Below, one piece after another: positions 9,744 to 19,774 of a stretch of 64,000 nt of DNA. The stretch lies in NCBI GenBank assembly GCA_028686075.1, contig JAQUCT010000003.1:12796-76795 (forward strand), read 5' to 3'. Both the position numbers and the translations under genes were made by a program. Every line of letters starts with the position of its first letter. Positions within the stretch are counted from its first letter, which is position 1. The DNA is from Bacillota bacterium (GTDB lineage: Bacteria; Bacillota; Clostridia; Ch29). Below the pieces are notes generated by a model. That model worked only from the letters and a program-made list of their open reading frames with translations, was not told the DNA's origin and made no database searches.

Positions 9744-10460
9744 ATGAAGAGGGGTTTTAGGAGAAGCGTAAGGAGATTTGAAAAAAAGGATATAAGGAGA
9801 AGGTACGGTACAGGCAGTGCAAAGGACAAGAACCTATTAAAGAATAACCTGCGAAATCTGACCATCTGCATAGCGGTGGTTATAATAATACTGCTACTTA
9901 AGAAAATGGACTTTTTTTACGCCCATAAGGCTACCAGCGGTATCAAATCCATAATTACAAGAGAATACAACCTGAAGGAAAGGGTTGTATCCCTAAAGGA
10001 CACAATTCCAGTCATACGAAACAGCATAATGAGGGTTCTTGGCACAGGGGATTCCCTAGGCCCAATGACCATGCCGGTACAGGGTGAAATAACGTCGGGG
10101 TACGGTATTAGGACCCACCCAGTATTTAAAGTTGAAAGTAAACACGAGGGGATAGACATTGCCGCTTCGGCGGGCGAGCCTGTCAAGGCGGCCCTTTCTG
10201 GGGTGGTTGTTGAGGCCGGGCCCCATCCTGAGTTTGGAAATGTTGTGGTTATTGAGCACAGCACGGACCTTAAGACTCTTTACGGGCATCTTGACCAGAT
10301 AAGGGTTGAGGAAAGTCAGGAGGTTTCCCGGGGAGATACAATAGGTACCATAGGCAGCACCGGGTTAAGCACAGGTGCTCACTTACATTTCGAGGTCTGG
10401 AAAAACGGCAGGCCGGTGGACCCCGTCCACGAACTGGATTTAGGGCTTACGGGCACTTAA
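9744..10460 (+). CDS. M23/LytM-family metallopeptidase, membrane anchored
   Basis: HEGIDI (HxxxD) and HLHFEV (HxH) motifs are intact. One TM helix. ATG at 9744 follows GGGAGGGG. Confidence 0.85.
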   Translation: MKRGFRRSVRRFEKKDIRRRYGTGSAKDKNLLKNNLRNLTICIAVVIIILLLKKMDFFYAHKATSGIKSIITREYNLKERVVSLKDTIPVIRNSIMRVLGTGDSLGPMTMPVQGEITSGYGIRTHPVFKVESKHEGIDIAASAGEPVKAALSGVVVEAGPHPEFGNVVVIEHSTDLKTLYGHLDQIRVEESQEVSRGDTIGTIGSTGLSTGAHLHFEVWKNGRPVDPVHELDLGLTGT

Positions 10461-10476
10461 AGAGGGAGGCGGGGTA

Positions 10477-11361
10477 ATGAGGTTGGCCAGGATAAAGGGG
10501 ATTGACATAGTGTTAAGCCCCGTACTGATTGTTTTGGCCGTGGCCGTTGCCTGCTCCGGGTTTACGGTCAGGGTACTCATGCTGGTCGTGGTGGTTTTTT
10601 TTCATGAAGTGGCGCACTCATTGACGGCGGCTTTTTTGGGGTATCGTGTAGAAGAAATCCGGCTGTTCCCCCTTGGGGGTAGTGTCAGGATAGGAGGTCT
10701 ATCCGGGCTTGAGCCAATTAGGGAAGCACTTGTGGCCCTAGCAGGACCGGCCGTTAATATTATGCTGGCCGTGTTCTGCCTTTGGCTAAAAAACATTGGT
10801 ATTGTGCCGTACCGGCACGCAGATTTTTTTATAGCGGTGAACACGGTGATTTTTTTATTCAATTTGCTTCCCGCCCTTCCTGTGGACGGGGGCAGGGTGT
10901 TAAGGAGCATACTGTCCTGCAAAATGGGCACGGTGGCTGCCACCAGGGCGGTGCATGTATTGGGCAGACTCACGGCAGGGTTGCTTATACTTACGTCGCT
11001 GTACCGGGGGCTCGAGAATCCCTTGGAGATATCCATGATTGCGGCAGCGATTTTTTTATTTTTTGCCGGGGATAAGGAGAGAAGGATGGCTCCCTCCCTG
11101 ACCATAAATCAGGTTGGTGCCAAGGAAAGCCTGCTGAGAAAAAGGGGGCTCTTAAGGTCCAGGACCCTTGTGGCAGCTTATAATGTCAGCGGCAGTAGAG
11201 TAATTAACTGCTTTGTGCCCGGGTACTATCATATAGTGTTTGTGGTGGGCGAAAAAGGCGAAGTTCTGGGCAGGGTAAGCGAAGGGCAGGTTCTGGACGG
11301 AATACTGCGGTATGGGTACAATATAAGGATGGAGGAAATAATTAAAATGCATAAAGCATAG
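10477..11361 (+). CDS. spoIVFB: Site-2 (M50) intramembrane metalloprotease, SpoIVFB-type, with a C-terminal CBS-like domain
   Basis: HEVAH in a TM helix and NLLPALPVDGGRV (NxxPxxxxDG). Sits after the min/rodA/M23 genes, as in the B. subtilis spoIVF locus. Confidence 0.8.
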   Translation: MRLARIKGIDIVLSPVLIVLAVAVACSGFTVRVLMLVVVVFFHEVAHSLTAAFLGYRVEEIRLFPLGGSVRIGGLSGLEPIREALVALAGPAVNIMLAVFCLWLKNIGIVPYRHADFFIAVNTVIFLFNLLPALPVDGGRVLRSILSCKMGTVAATRAVHVLGRLTAGLLILTSLYRGLENPLEISMIAAAIFLFFAGDKERRMAPSLTINQVGAKESLLRKRGLLRSRTLVAAYNVSGSRVINCFVPGYYHIVFVVGEKGEVLGRVSEGQVLDGILRYGYNIRMEEIIKMHKA

Positions 11362-11374
11362 ATAGAATGGATTT

Positions 11375-11582
11375 AAAACTTTATATTTCCTAGTGTGTCA
11401 TCCTGAGCGGCCCTGTCATCCTGAGCGAAGCGAAGGATCTTGCGAAGCGAAGGATCTATCTCCAAGAAGATTCTTCACTACGTTCAGAACGACAAAGTCG
11501 GATTCTTCGGGCTTCGCCCTCAGAACGACAGACAAAAGTCAGAATGACAAGTAATGTAACTTTATTAACACTTTATACATAG
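11375..11582 (+). repeat. Composite palindromic intergenic element, copy A
   Basis: Contains TGTCATCCTGAGC units (2 forward plus a partial duplication), then two inverted GATTCTTC..CAGAACGACA units, with AT-rich ends. Positions 11442-11538 differ at 3 of 97 nt from 21743-21839. Confidence 0.85.
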
Positions 11583-11728
11583 ATACAACTGAAGTTTTAT
11601 TATATAATAATTATAACAAATGGAAACAGCCCGGCGAAAAAGGGCTCGTGCCGCTGGCGGTAATAAGCAAAAAGGGCTTTTGGAATACTAGTTAAAAAGC
11701 ATAAGGAAAGGGTATGGGAGGACACAGG

Positions 11729-13579
11729 ATGACAGCAAAGGACATAGAAGGACTTTTAAACCGGGTGGAAAAACCCGCCAGGTATGCCGGGGGCGAGTAC
11801 AACAGCGTATACAAGAATACGGAAGATTTAGGTATAAGGTTTGCCTTTGCCTTCCCTGACGTATACGAAATAGCCATGTCCCATTTAGGGCTTCGAATAC
11901 TTTATTATCTTCTAAACGAAAGGGAAGATACCTGGTGCGAGAGGGTTTTTGCACCCTGGACCGATATGGAGGCCCTTATGAAGCAAAAGGGCATTCCGCT
12001 GTTTGCCCTTGAAAGCAGAGACCCGGTATCGGGGTTTGATTTCCTGGGCTTTACGTTGCAGTATGAGATGGGTTATTCAAACGTGGTAAATATGCTTTCG
12101 CTGGCGGGTATACCGGTTCTAAGCAGCGAAAGGGAAGACGGTCAGCCCTTTGTAATAGGCGGCGGTCCCTGTGCCTATAACGCGGAGCCGCTGGCGGACA
12201 TATTTGATTTTTTTGTTTTAGGGGAAGGGGAGGAAGTACTAACCCCCATCCTGGATACATACCGGTCGTGGAAGGAAAAAGGGGGTACCAGGCAGGAGTT
12301 CCTGGAAAGGGTCGCCCTTATTGAAGGGGTGTACGTACCATCTCTATACAATGTTGAGTATCGTGAGGACGGGACGGTAAAAAGCGTTTTGCCCACAGAC
12401 GCCCGGTTCTTCAAAAGGATTAACAAGGTTATAGTAAAGGACTTGGATAGGGCCTTTTTCCCAGAAAAGATAATAGTACCATTTATGGATATAGTGCACG
12501 ACAGGATTATGTTGGAGATATTCAGGGGATGCACCCGGGGCTGCAGGTTCTGCCAGGCGGGTATGGTATACAGGCCGGTCAGGGAAAAGAGTCCGCAAGT
12601 TTTGGCGGAACAGGCCGAAAGGCTTATAAAGAATACCGGGTACGAGGAAGTGTCCCTCGCTTCCTTAAGCACAAGCGACTATACACATCTGGAGCCGCTG
12701 GTAAAAACGCTTATTTCGGCCCACGGCAACAAGGGGGTGGGGCTGTCGTTACCCTCCCTTAGGATTGACAGTTTTTCGCTGGACCTTATAAAGGAAATAC
12801 AAAAGGTGCGTAAGACCGGGCTCACCTTTGCGCCGGAGGCGGGAACCCAAAGGCTTAGGGACGTGATAAACAAGGGAGTAACGGAGGAGGACCTGATGGA
12901 TTCGGTGGGGGCCGCTTTTTCTGCCGGATACAACAACGTAAAGCTCTATTTTATGGTGGGGCTTCCCTCCGAAACTAAGGAGGATATTGAGGGCATCGCC
13001 GACCTGGTCTACAAGGTGGTGGATAAATATTATGCCACCGACAGGGAAAATAGAGGCAGGGGGCTTAAGGTTACCGTAAGCACCTCCTGTTTTGTGCCCA
13101 AACCCTTCACGCCTTTCCAGTGGCAGCCCCAGGACAAAATTGATATTTTCAGGGCTAAACAGGAGACCTTAAGGAAAAGGCTTAAACACAGGAACATAAG
13201 CTATAACTGGCACCAGCCGGAAACCAGCTACCTGGAAGCGGTTTTTGCAAGGGGTGACCGAAAGCTCTCCAAGGTGCTGATAAGGGCCTGGGAGCTAGGC
13301 TGCCGTTTTGACGGGTGGAAGGAGCATTTTGATTTTGCCAAATGGCAGAGGGCCTTTGAGGACTGCGGCGTAGACCCGGACTTTTACGCAGTAAGGAAAC
13401 GGGACTACGATGAGGTGCTGCCCTGGGACCATATAAACGTGGGCGTGTCGAGGGAGTTTTTGAAAAGGGAAAACGAGAGAGCCAAAAAGGGCAGCACAAC
13501 CCCCCATTGCCGGGAGGGCTGCATAAACTGCGGAATAATGGAGCTTTTTGGCGGAGGAGTCTGCGATGCCAGTTATTAG
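11729..13579 (+). CDS. Radical SAM protein, TIGR03960-like (B12-binding-like N-domain plus radical SAM core)
   Basis: CTRGCRFCQAG (CxxxCxxC) and the KPARYAGGEYN N-terminus typical of this family. ATG at 11729 follows GGGAGGA. Confidence 0.85.
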   Translation: MTAKDIEGLLNRVEKPARYAGGEYNSVYKNTEDLGIRFAFAFPDVYEIAMSHLGLRILYYLLNEREDTWCERVFAPWTDMEALMKQKGIPLFALESRDPVSGFDFLGFTLQYEMGYSNVVNMLSLAGIPVLSSEREDGQPFVIGGGPCAYNAEPLADIFDFFVLGEGEEVLTPILDTYRSWKEKGGTRQEFLERVALIEGVYVPSLYNVEYREDGTVKSVLPTDARFFKRINKVIVKDLDRAFFPEKIIVPFMDIVHDRIMLEIFRGCTRGCRFCQAGMVYRPVREKSPQVLAEQAERLIKNTGYEEVSLASLSTSDYTHLEPLVKTLISAHGNKGVGLSLPSLRIDSFSLDLIKEIQKVRKTGLTFAPEAGTQRLRDVINKGVTEEDLMDSVGAAFSAGYNNVKLYFMVGLPSETKEDIEGIADLVYKVVDKYYATDRENRGRGLKVTVSTSCFVPKPFTPFQWQPQDKIDIFRAKQETLRKRLKHRNISYNWHQPETSYLEAVFARGDRKLSKVLIRAWELGCRFDGWKEHFDFAKWQRAFEDCGVDPDFYAVRKRDYDEVLPWDHINVGVSREFLKRENERAKKGSTTPHCREGCINCGIMELFGGGVCDASY

Positions 13580-14261
13580 AACTCAATTTTTCAAAAAGGA
13601 TACCGCGAAATATATTTCGCACCTCGACCTTATAAGGACTATGCAAAGGTCGGTAAGGAGGGCGGATATACCCGTTGAGTATTCAAAGGGGTTTAATCCC
13701 CATTCAAAAATTGCCTACGGTCCGGCCCTGGCGGTGGGCTTAAGCAGCGACGGGGAATTTCTGGATATGGAACTAAAGGAGCGAATGGAAGAAACGGAGT
13801 TTATAAAAAGGCTAAACGCCAGCCTGCCGGCTGGTCTGGGAGTAACGGCGGCAGAGTATATACCCGATGGGGCACCGTCTCTTAGCGTAATTATAAACGC
13901 TGCTGAATACAGGATAACCGGCCGTACTGAGACGACGGAGCAAAACGTCGGGCAAAGGATAAGGAAGTTCTTTGCATTAGACGATGTTCTTATTGAGAGA
14001 ACCGACAAAAGGGGCAGGGAAAAAAAGCTGAACATTATGCCCATGATAGTGGAGGTTGAAAAAATAGAGGTAGCGGACGGGCAAGTGGTAATAGAGGTCA
14101 TAATTGATACCGGGAGCAAATCCAACCTCAAACCTACCGACCTTACGGGCGCGTTGGAAAGGCATACTGGGTTACTCTTAGAGGAAACCGGTATACATAG
14201 GAAAAGACTTCTGGTAAGGAGGGGAGGAGGGTATTTGCCACCGCTGCGGGTTTATGATTGA
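13566..14261 (+). CDS. DUF2344 / TIGR03936 radical-SAM-linked protein
   Basis: FSK.G..KYISHLDL.R...R..RRA..P...S.GFNPH signature. Overlaps the upstream radical SAM gene by 14 nt. Confidence 0.8.
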   Translation: MPVIRTQFFKKDTAKYISHLDLIRTMQRSVRRADIPVEYSKGFNPHSKIAYGPALAVGLSSDGEFLDMELKERMEETEFIKRLNASLPAGLGVTAAEYIPDGAPSLSVIINAAEYRITGRTETTEQNVGQRIRKFFALDDVLIERTDKRGREKKLNIMPMIVEVEKIEVADGQVVIEVIIDTGSKSNLKPTDLTGALERHTGLLLEETGIHRKRLLVRRGGGYLPPLRVYD

Positions 14262-14296
14262 GGAGCAAGACGCAACGTTACTCGGGAGTTGATTAT

Positions 14297-15979
14297 ATGA
14301 ACGAAATTATTGTGGATGTGAGTTTTGAACAGACCAGGGTTGCACTGTTGGAGAATGAGGACCTCAACGAAGTATACATTGAAAGGTTTGGCAGCAAGCG
14401 AAATGTAGGCAGCATATACAAGGGAAGGGTGGAGAACGTCCTCCCGGGTATGCAGGCGGCCTTTGTCAATATAGGGCTAGAAAAGAACGCTTTTTTGTAT
14501 GTCAAGGATGCCTTTGTCGGGTATGAGGATGAATACCCCGACTTGGGCAGAAACGAAGACGTGTCCATAAAGGACCTGCTGAAAAAGGGTCAGGAGTTAA
14601 CGGTGCAGGTTATAAAGGAGCCTTTAGACGGCAAGGGTGCACGGGTTACAACCAATATAACGCTGCCGGGAAGGTTCATGGTCCTTCTGCCCAACGCCAA
14701 TTACGTGGGCATATCAAGAAGGATAGAAAGCGAGGAGGAACGAAATAGGCTTAGGGAGATAGCCCATGAGATAAAGCCGGATAATATGGGGCTTATAATA
14801 AGAACGGCCTCGGAGGAAAAAGACCTCCAGGACTTCAGGTATGACCTGAAGGTCTTATTGAAACTTTGGGGGGCAATTAAAAAAAAGGGTAGGACCTATA
14901 ACGCTCCCAGAATAATTCACAGGGATTTAAACCTAGTGATGAGAACGGTGAGGGATATGTTCACCCGCAGCATAGACCGCTTTGTAATAAACAGCCGGTC
15001 GGAATACGAAAAAGTTTTAGAGCTTTTGGATATAATATCGCCCCAGCTTAAGGAGCGGGTGGTTTTGTTCGATAAGGAATATAACATATTCGATTATTAC
15101 GGCGTGGAGCCCAAGATTGCCAACGCTCTCAGCAGAAAGGTGTGGTTAAAAAGCGGCGGATACATAGTGATTGATAAGACCGAAGCCTTAACGGCCATAG
15201 ACGTTAATACAGGAAAGTTCGTGGGCAGTTTGGACCTTAAGGATACGGTGTTTAAGACCAACCTTGAAGCGACCCGCGAGATTGCAAGACAGCTTAGACT
15301 GCGGGACATTGGCGGCATAATAATAGTGGATTTTATAGATATGGACAACGGCAGGGATGGCAAACGGGTATTGGAAGAGCTCAAAAAGCACTTAAAGCGG
15401 GACAGGACCAGAAGCAATGTGCTGGGCATGACGCAGTTAGGCCTTGTTGAAATAACCAGGAAAAAGGTGGGCAGGAGGATAGATTCAATACTGCAAAAGG
15501 AGTGCCCTTTTTGCGAGGGTACCGGCAGAGTGCTTTCAGAGGAGACCATGGTCAACAGAATCGAGAGGGAATTAAAAAGGGTTTTTTCCGGATCCGAGGC
15601 AGAAGCGGCACTAATAGAAGCCCATCCGTCGGTGGCCGCCCTGGTTATAGGCAGCGGTGGCGAGCACTTGGCCCGCCTGGAAAAGCAGTTTCAAAGGCAT
15701 ATATATATAAAGGGCAGCTTTCACCTGCATCCCGAGGAAATTGAGGTAAAGGTAACAGGGAATAAGGAATACGTTGAAAGGTGTGCTCTACCTGTAAGGG
15801 ACGGCGAAATATTGGACCTTATAATATCCGAGACCTATACTGCAAATAATAAAGACGGGATAGGCAAAATGGACGGGTATGTGATAAACGTAGAGCGGGC
15901 GGGAAAGATGGTCGGTAAAAAGGTGAAGGTTAAGATAGTAAAGGCCTACAAAACTTACGCAAAGGGCAAGCTTGTTTGA
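14297..15979 (+). CDS. rng: Ribonuclease G/E family (Rng/CafA-type) with S1 and a C-terminal TRAM-like domain
   Basis: S1 domain (GSIYKGRVENVLPGMQAAFVNIG), the catalytic region TAIDVNTGKF..IIIVDFIDM, and a Zn-link CPFCEGTG. The start at 14297 (MNEIIVDV) is inferred. Confidence 0.85.
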   Translation: MNEIIVDVSFEQTRVALLENEDLNEVYIERFGSKRNVGSIYKGRVENVLPGMQAAFVNIGLEKNAFLYVKDAFVGYEDEYPDLGRNEDVSIKDLLKKGQELTVQVIKEPLDGKGARVTTNITLPGRFMVLLPNANYVGISRRIESEEERNRLREIAHEIKPDNMGLIIRTASEEKDLQDFRYDLKVLLKLWGAIKKKGRTYNAPRIIHRDLNLVMRTVRDMFTRSIDRFVINSRSEYEKVLELLDIISPQLKERVVLFDKEYNIFDYYGVEPKIANALSRKVWLKSGGYIVIDKTEALTAIDVNTGKFVGSLDLKDTVFKTNLEATREIARQLRLRDIGGIIIVDFIDMDNGRDGKRVLEELKKHLKRDRTRSNVLGMTQLGLVEITRKKVGRRIDSILQKECPFCEGTGRVLSEETMVNRIERELKRVFSGSEAEAALIEAHPSVAALVIGSGGEHLARLEKQFQRHIYIKGSFHLHPEEIEVKVTGNKEYVERCALPVRDGEILDLIISETYTANNKDGIGKMDGYVINVERAGKMVGKKVKVKIVKAYKTYAKGKLV

Positions 15980-16004
15980 CAGGACGCATTTGCGATGGTA
16001 TAAT
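15976..16004 (+). promoter_or_regulatory. Consensus sigma-A promoter for the rplU operon
   Basis: TTGACA (15976-81), 17-nt spacer, TGgTATAAT (extended -10, 15996-16004). The -35 overlaps the rng stop codon. Confidence 0.8.
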
Positions 16005-16009
16005 ATTAA

Positions 16010-16085
16010 AGTTCTATGTAGCCGCACGAATGGGGTTTTAAAACGTGAAATGCGTACCTGCATTCGGCGAGACTGGATTGAGGAG
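16010..16085 (+). promoter_or_regulatory. Probable L21 (rplU) leader RNA
   Basis: Structured 5' UTR of about 85 nt between the consensus promoter and the rplU RBS. This is the position where Firmicutes carry the L21 autoregulatory leader. I have not verified the structure. Confidence 0.45.
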
Positions 16086-16096
16086 GTGTGCCGGAT

Positions 16097-16408
16097 ATGT
16101 ATGCATTGATTGAGACCGGCGGTAAACAGTACAGGATACAGGAGGGTGATATCCTCTCTGTAGAAAAACTGAGTATCGGCGAAGGCGAAAAGGTTAGCTT
16201 TGATAAAGTACTGCTTCTTAGAGGCGAGGACGGGACCAAGGTTGGAAAACCCTATGTGGAAGGAGCGGCAGTTGAAGGCGAAGTGCTGTTCCACGGAAAG
16301 GGTAGAAAGATAATTGTGTTCAAGTACAAGGCCAAAAAGAATTACAAGAAAAAGCAGGGTCATCGCCAGCCGTTTACAAGGGTTAGGATAACCAAGATTA
16401 ACGGATAG
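16097..16408 (+). CDS. rplU: 50S ribosomal protein L21
   Basis: [13 protein letters not shown]... canonical L21 N-terminus; RBS GAGGAGG. Confidence 0.95.
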   Translation: MYALIETGGKQYRIQEGDILSVEKLSIGEGEKVSFDKVLLLRGEDGTKVGKPYVEGAAVEGEVLFHGKGRKIIVFKYKAKKNYKKKQGHRQPFTRVRITKING

Positions 16409-16416
16409 GCAAAAAA

Positions 16417-16746
16417 ATGATAAGGATAAGCGTTAAAAGGGATAAACGAAACAGAATAGTTGAGTACAGGGTAACCGGCCATGCCGGGTATGACGAGTAC
16501 GGCAGGGATGTGGTATGCAGTGCTGTTTCGGCCATTGCTCAGGCGGCCATAATTGGCCTTGTAAAGGTGGCCGGCATTGAGGCGGAGTACTCCATAGACG
16601 GCGGCGACCTGTACTGCGCCATTCCTAATCTGGAGGGCCAAAGGCGGAGGGAGGCCGACCTTTTGATGGATACCATGTTTTATACGCTGGAGAGTATTAG
16701 GGACGGCTATCCCGGGAACATTTTAATATCCGAAACGGAGGTGTAA
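16417..16746 (+). CDS. prp: Ribosomal-processing cysteine protease Prp (YsxB)
   Basis: GHAG....G.D.VCSAVSA motif. Located between rplU and rpmA. Confidence 0.9.
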   Translation: MIRISVKRDKRNRIVEYRVTGHAGYDEYGRDVVCSAVSAIAQAAIIGLVKVAGIEAEYSIDGGDLYCAIPNLEGQRRREADLLMDTMFYTLESIRDGYPGNILISETEV

Positions 16747-16749
16747 CGA

Positions 16750-17043
16750 ATGTTTAGAATAGACCTGCAGTTGTTTGCCCACAAAAAGGGAGTGGGCAGC
16801 TCAAGGAACGGAAGGGACAGCGCAGCCAAAAGGCTTGGCGTGAAAAGAGGAGACGGTCAGTTTGTGCAGGCGGGGAATATACTGGTCCGACAGAGGGGAA
16901 CAAAGATACACCCCGGCAACAATGTCCAAAGGGGCAAAGACGATACGCTGTTTGCTCTTGTAGATGGAGTAGTACACTTCGAGAATAAGGGCAGGGACAA
17001 AAAACAGGTAAGCGTATACGCCATAGAAGAGGCGGTCATATAA
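16750..17043 (+). CDS. rpmA: 50S ribosomal protein L27 with an N-terminal Prp-cleaved extension
   Basis: MFRIDLQLF|[15 protein letters not shown], the Firmicute pro-sequence followed by mature L27. Confidence 0.95.
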   Translation: MFRIDLQLFAHKKGVGSSRNGRDSAAKRLGVKRGDGQFVQAGNILVRQRGTKIHPGNNVQRGKDDTLFALVDGVVHFENKGRDKKQVSVYAIEEAVI

Positions 17044-17072
17044 AAACCTTCCACCAGGAAGGTTCTTTTTTT
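17044..17072 (+). terminator. Rho-independent terminator after rpmA
   Basis: AACCTTCC-ACCA-GGAAGGTT followed by CTTTTTTT. Confidence 0.8.
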
Positions 17073-17135
17073 ACATATGTCATGGGGATAGAAGGATTTG
17101 ATACCTGGCAATACTAATTACGGGTGGTGGTTTAA

Positions 17136-18419
<1,284 letters not shown>

Positions 18420-18591
18420 ATTTGGGTGCCAATAAAAGTCAACCGACCTATTATTGTTTTGCCCGTAACGAGATAGTTGTTAACATCGAGTATACGCCCA
18501 AGACGGAAAAAATAAGAACTGGTTGGAAAAAGGGTTATCCTGACTATGAAACCCATAGGAGAAAGCTGAGAAAAAGTGAATTGGAAGTATA

Positions 18592-18622
18592 AAAGGAACG
18601 GGCCGTAGCCTGTTCCTTTTAT
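18592..18622 (+). terminator. Rho-independent terminator
   Basis: AAAGGAAC..GGC-CGTA-GCC..GTTCCTTT stem followed by TTAT. Confidence 0.65.
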
Positions 18623-18730
18623 ATAGTTACATATTATATAGCTTCATGAATGTGGATGGCTGGTATTAGCGGCCTCTTTAAATGAATATTTTTCCATATG
18701 GGAGGGATAATAGACTTAGGAGGTGTGGGG

Positions 18731-19774
18731 ATGAAGAAAAGACCTTGGATTAAAGCAGTATCGTGGACCAAGGTGTCGGGTGAGATAAAAGGACTTTTGG
18801 GATGCGTGAGGGAATGGCTGGCCGCCCGGTGGAGGAAGGCAAGGATGAACGACTATTACTACAGCGGAGGTGAAACCCAGAAGGATTTCAGGGCAAGAAG
18901 TATAGACCGCCTTTTTTCCCGCGGGGTGGTATTCTTCCTTACCGCTTCTTTGGTATATTTTCTGGTCCAAAATTTTTTGATAAGCGTAATTACCGGTGCG
19001 ATGTGGACCATTATGTTCCACGTGTTAGCCAAAAGCCGGAGAAATAAAAGAATCGTCGGAAACAGGGAAAGAATGCTGGAAAAGGAGGCTGTCGACAGGT
19101 TTTTGCGTATGACGGAGGACAAGGACCCGGGGGAGTTTTTCTATATGGTGCGTGGCCTTTTGGACAAGAGCGAACTGTTCGCGGAACTGGAGCTTATAAA
19201 AGACGATGAAGACCGTCCCCTGCTTATGACAGGGTATTTCAAGGGAGAAAAGGCAGGGGTATACGCAAGGAAACTAAAACCGGAGTCGATGGTTAAGGAA
19301 AAGGACCTTAAGGAATTTGTGCAGTACTGCGAAAGCAGGGGCTTAGAAAACGGAATATACATTGCCAACGGTGCCTTTGATTACGCTTCCAGGGACTATG
19401 CGGCGGGGCTTGATACATTTGATTTATTTATAGCAGATACCAGAGCTTTATACAGAGGCTTTCTTAAGCGGGACTTTTTGTTCCCCATGAAGGACCTTGA
19501 GGCCAAAATAGAACAGACCGTACTTGAACAAAGCCGTGAAACGCAGCACAGACTAAGAAAAATACTTGCTTTCAGGCGGATAAGGACCTATGCGGTGCTA
19601 AGCATTCTAATAGCCGTGTACTCGGTAATGGTGCCCTATACTCTTTACTATATCCTTGTTTCCTCTATACTACTGTGCCTTTCGGTCACCGCCCTTGTCC
19701 GGTGGGAAATAGAAAAGTTCAGGGAGGAAACCGAAAACAGCATCAAACTGGACAGCGTAATGGATACCGACTAA
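18731..19774 (+). CDS. Four-TM membrane protein with a central restriction-endonuclease-like (Mrr_cat-like, apparently degenerate) domain
   Basis: ATG at 18731 follows AGGAGGTG. Two TM helices at each end. The central region (FFYMVRGLL...DDEDRPLLMTGY..GVYARK...LKEFVQYC..GIYIANGAF) has the spacing of a PD-(D/E)xK Mrr core, but reads A-R-K where E/Q-x-K is expected. Confidence 0.5.
   Translation: MKKRPWIKAVSWTKVSGEIKGLLGCVREWLAARWRKARMNDYYYSGGETQKDFRARSIDRLFSRGVVFFLTASLVYFLVQNFLISVITGAMWTIMFHVLAKSRRNKRIVGNRERMLEKEAVDRFLRMTEDKDPGEFFYMVRGLLDKSELFAELELIKDDEDRPLLMTGYFKGEKAGVYARKLKPESMVKEKDLKEFVQYCESRGLENGIYIANGAFDYASRDYAAGLDTFDLFIADTRALYRGFLKRDFLFPMKDLEAKIEQTVLEQSRETQHRLRKILAFRRIRTYAVLSILIAVYSVMVPYTLYYILVSSILLCLSVTALVRWEIEKFREETENSIKLDSVMDTD

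Noticed and set aside
11390-11560. Possibility that the repeated TGTCATCCTGAGC units are a CRISPR array.
   Set aside because: The units occur in both orientations within one element and have irregular spacing of 0-40 nt. There are no unique spacers of constant length and no cas genes in the window.
11622-11693. 23-codon Arg-rich mini-ORF (METARRKRARAAGGNKQKGLLEY) upstream of the radical SAM gene.
   Set aside because: There is no RBS, it sits in a GC-rich hairpin-forming stretch, and nothing suggests translation.
13548-14296. Upstream extended starts given by the track for DUF2344 (13548) and RNase G (14258), and similarly for minD, nadD, rplU, the LCP gene, the MATE gene and the ferredoxin subunit.
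   Set aside because: Internal starts give family-typical N-termini and usually have better Shine-Dalgarno spacing. The extended N-termini overlap upstream genes and add non-conserved residues. The start choices remain inferences.
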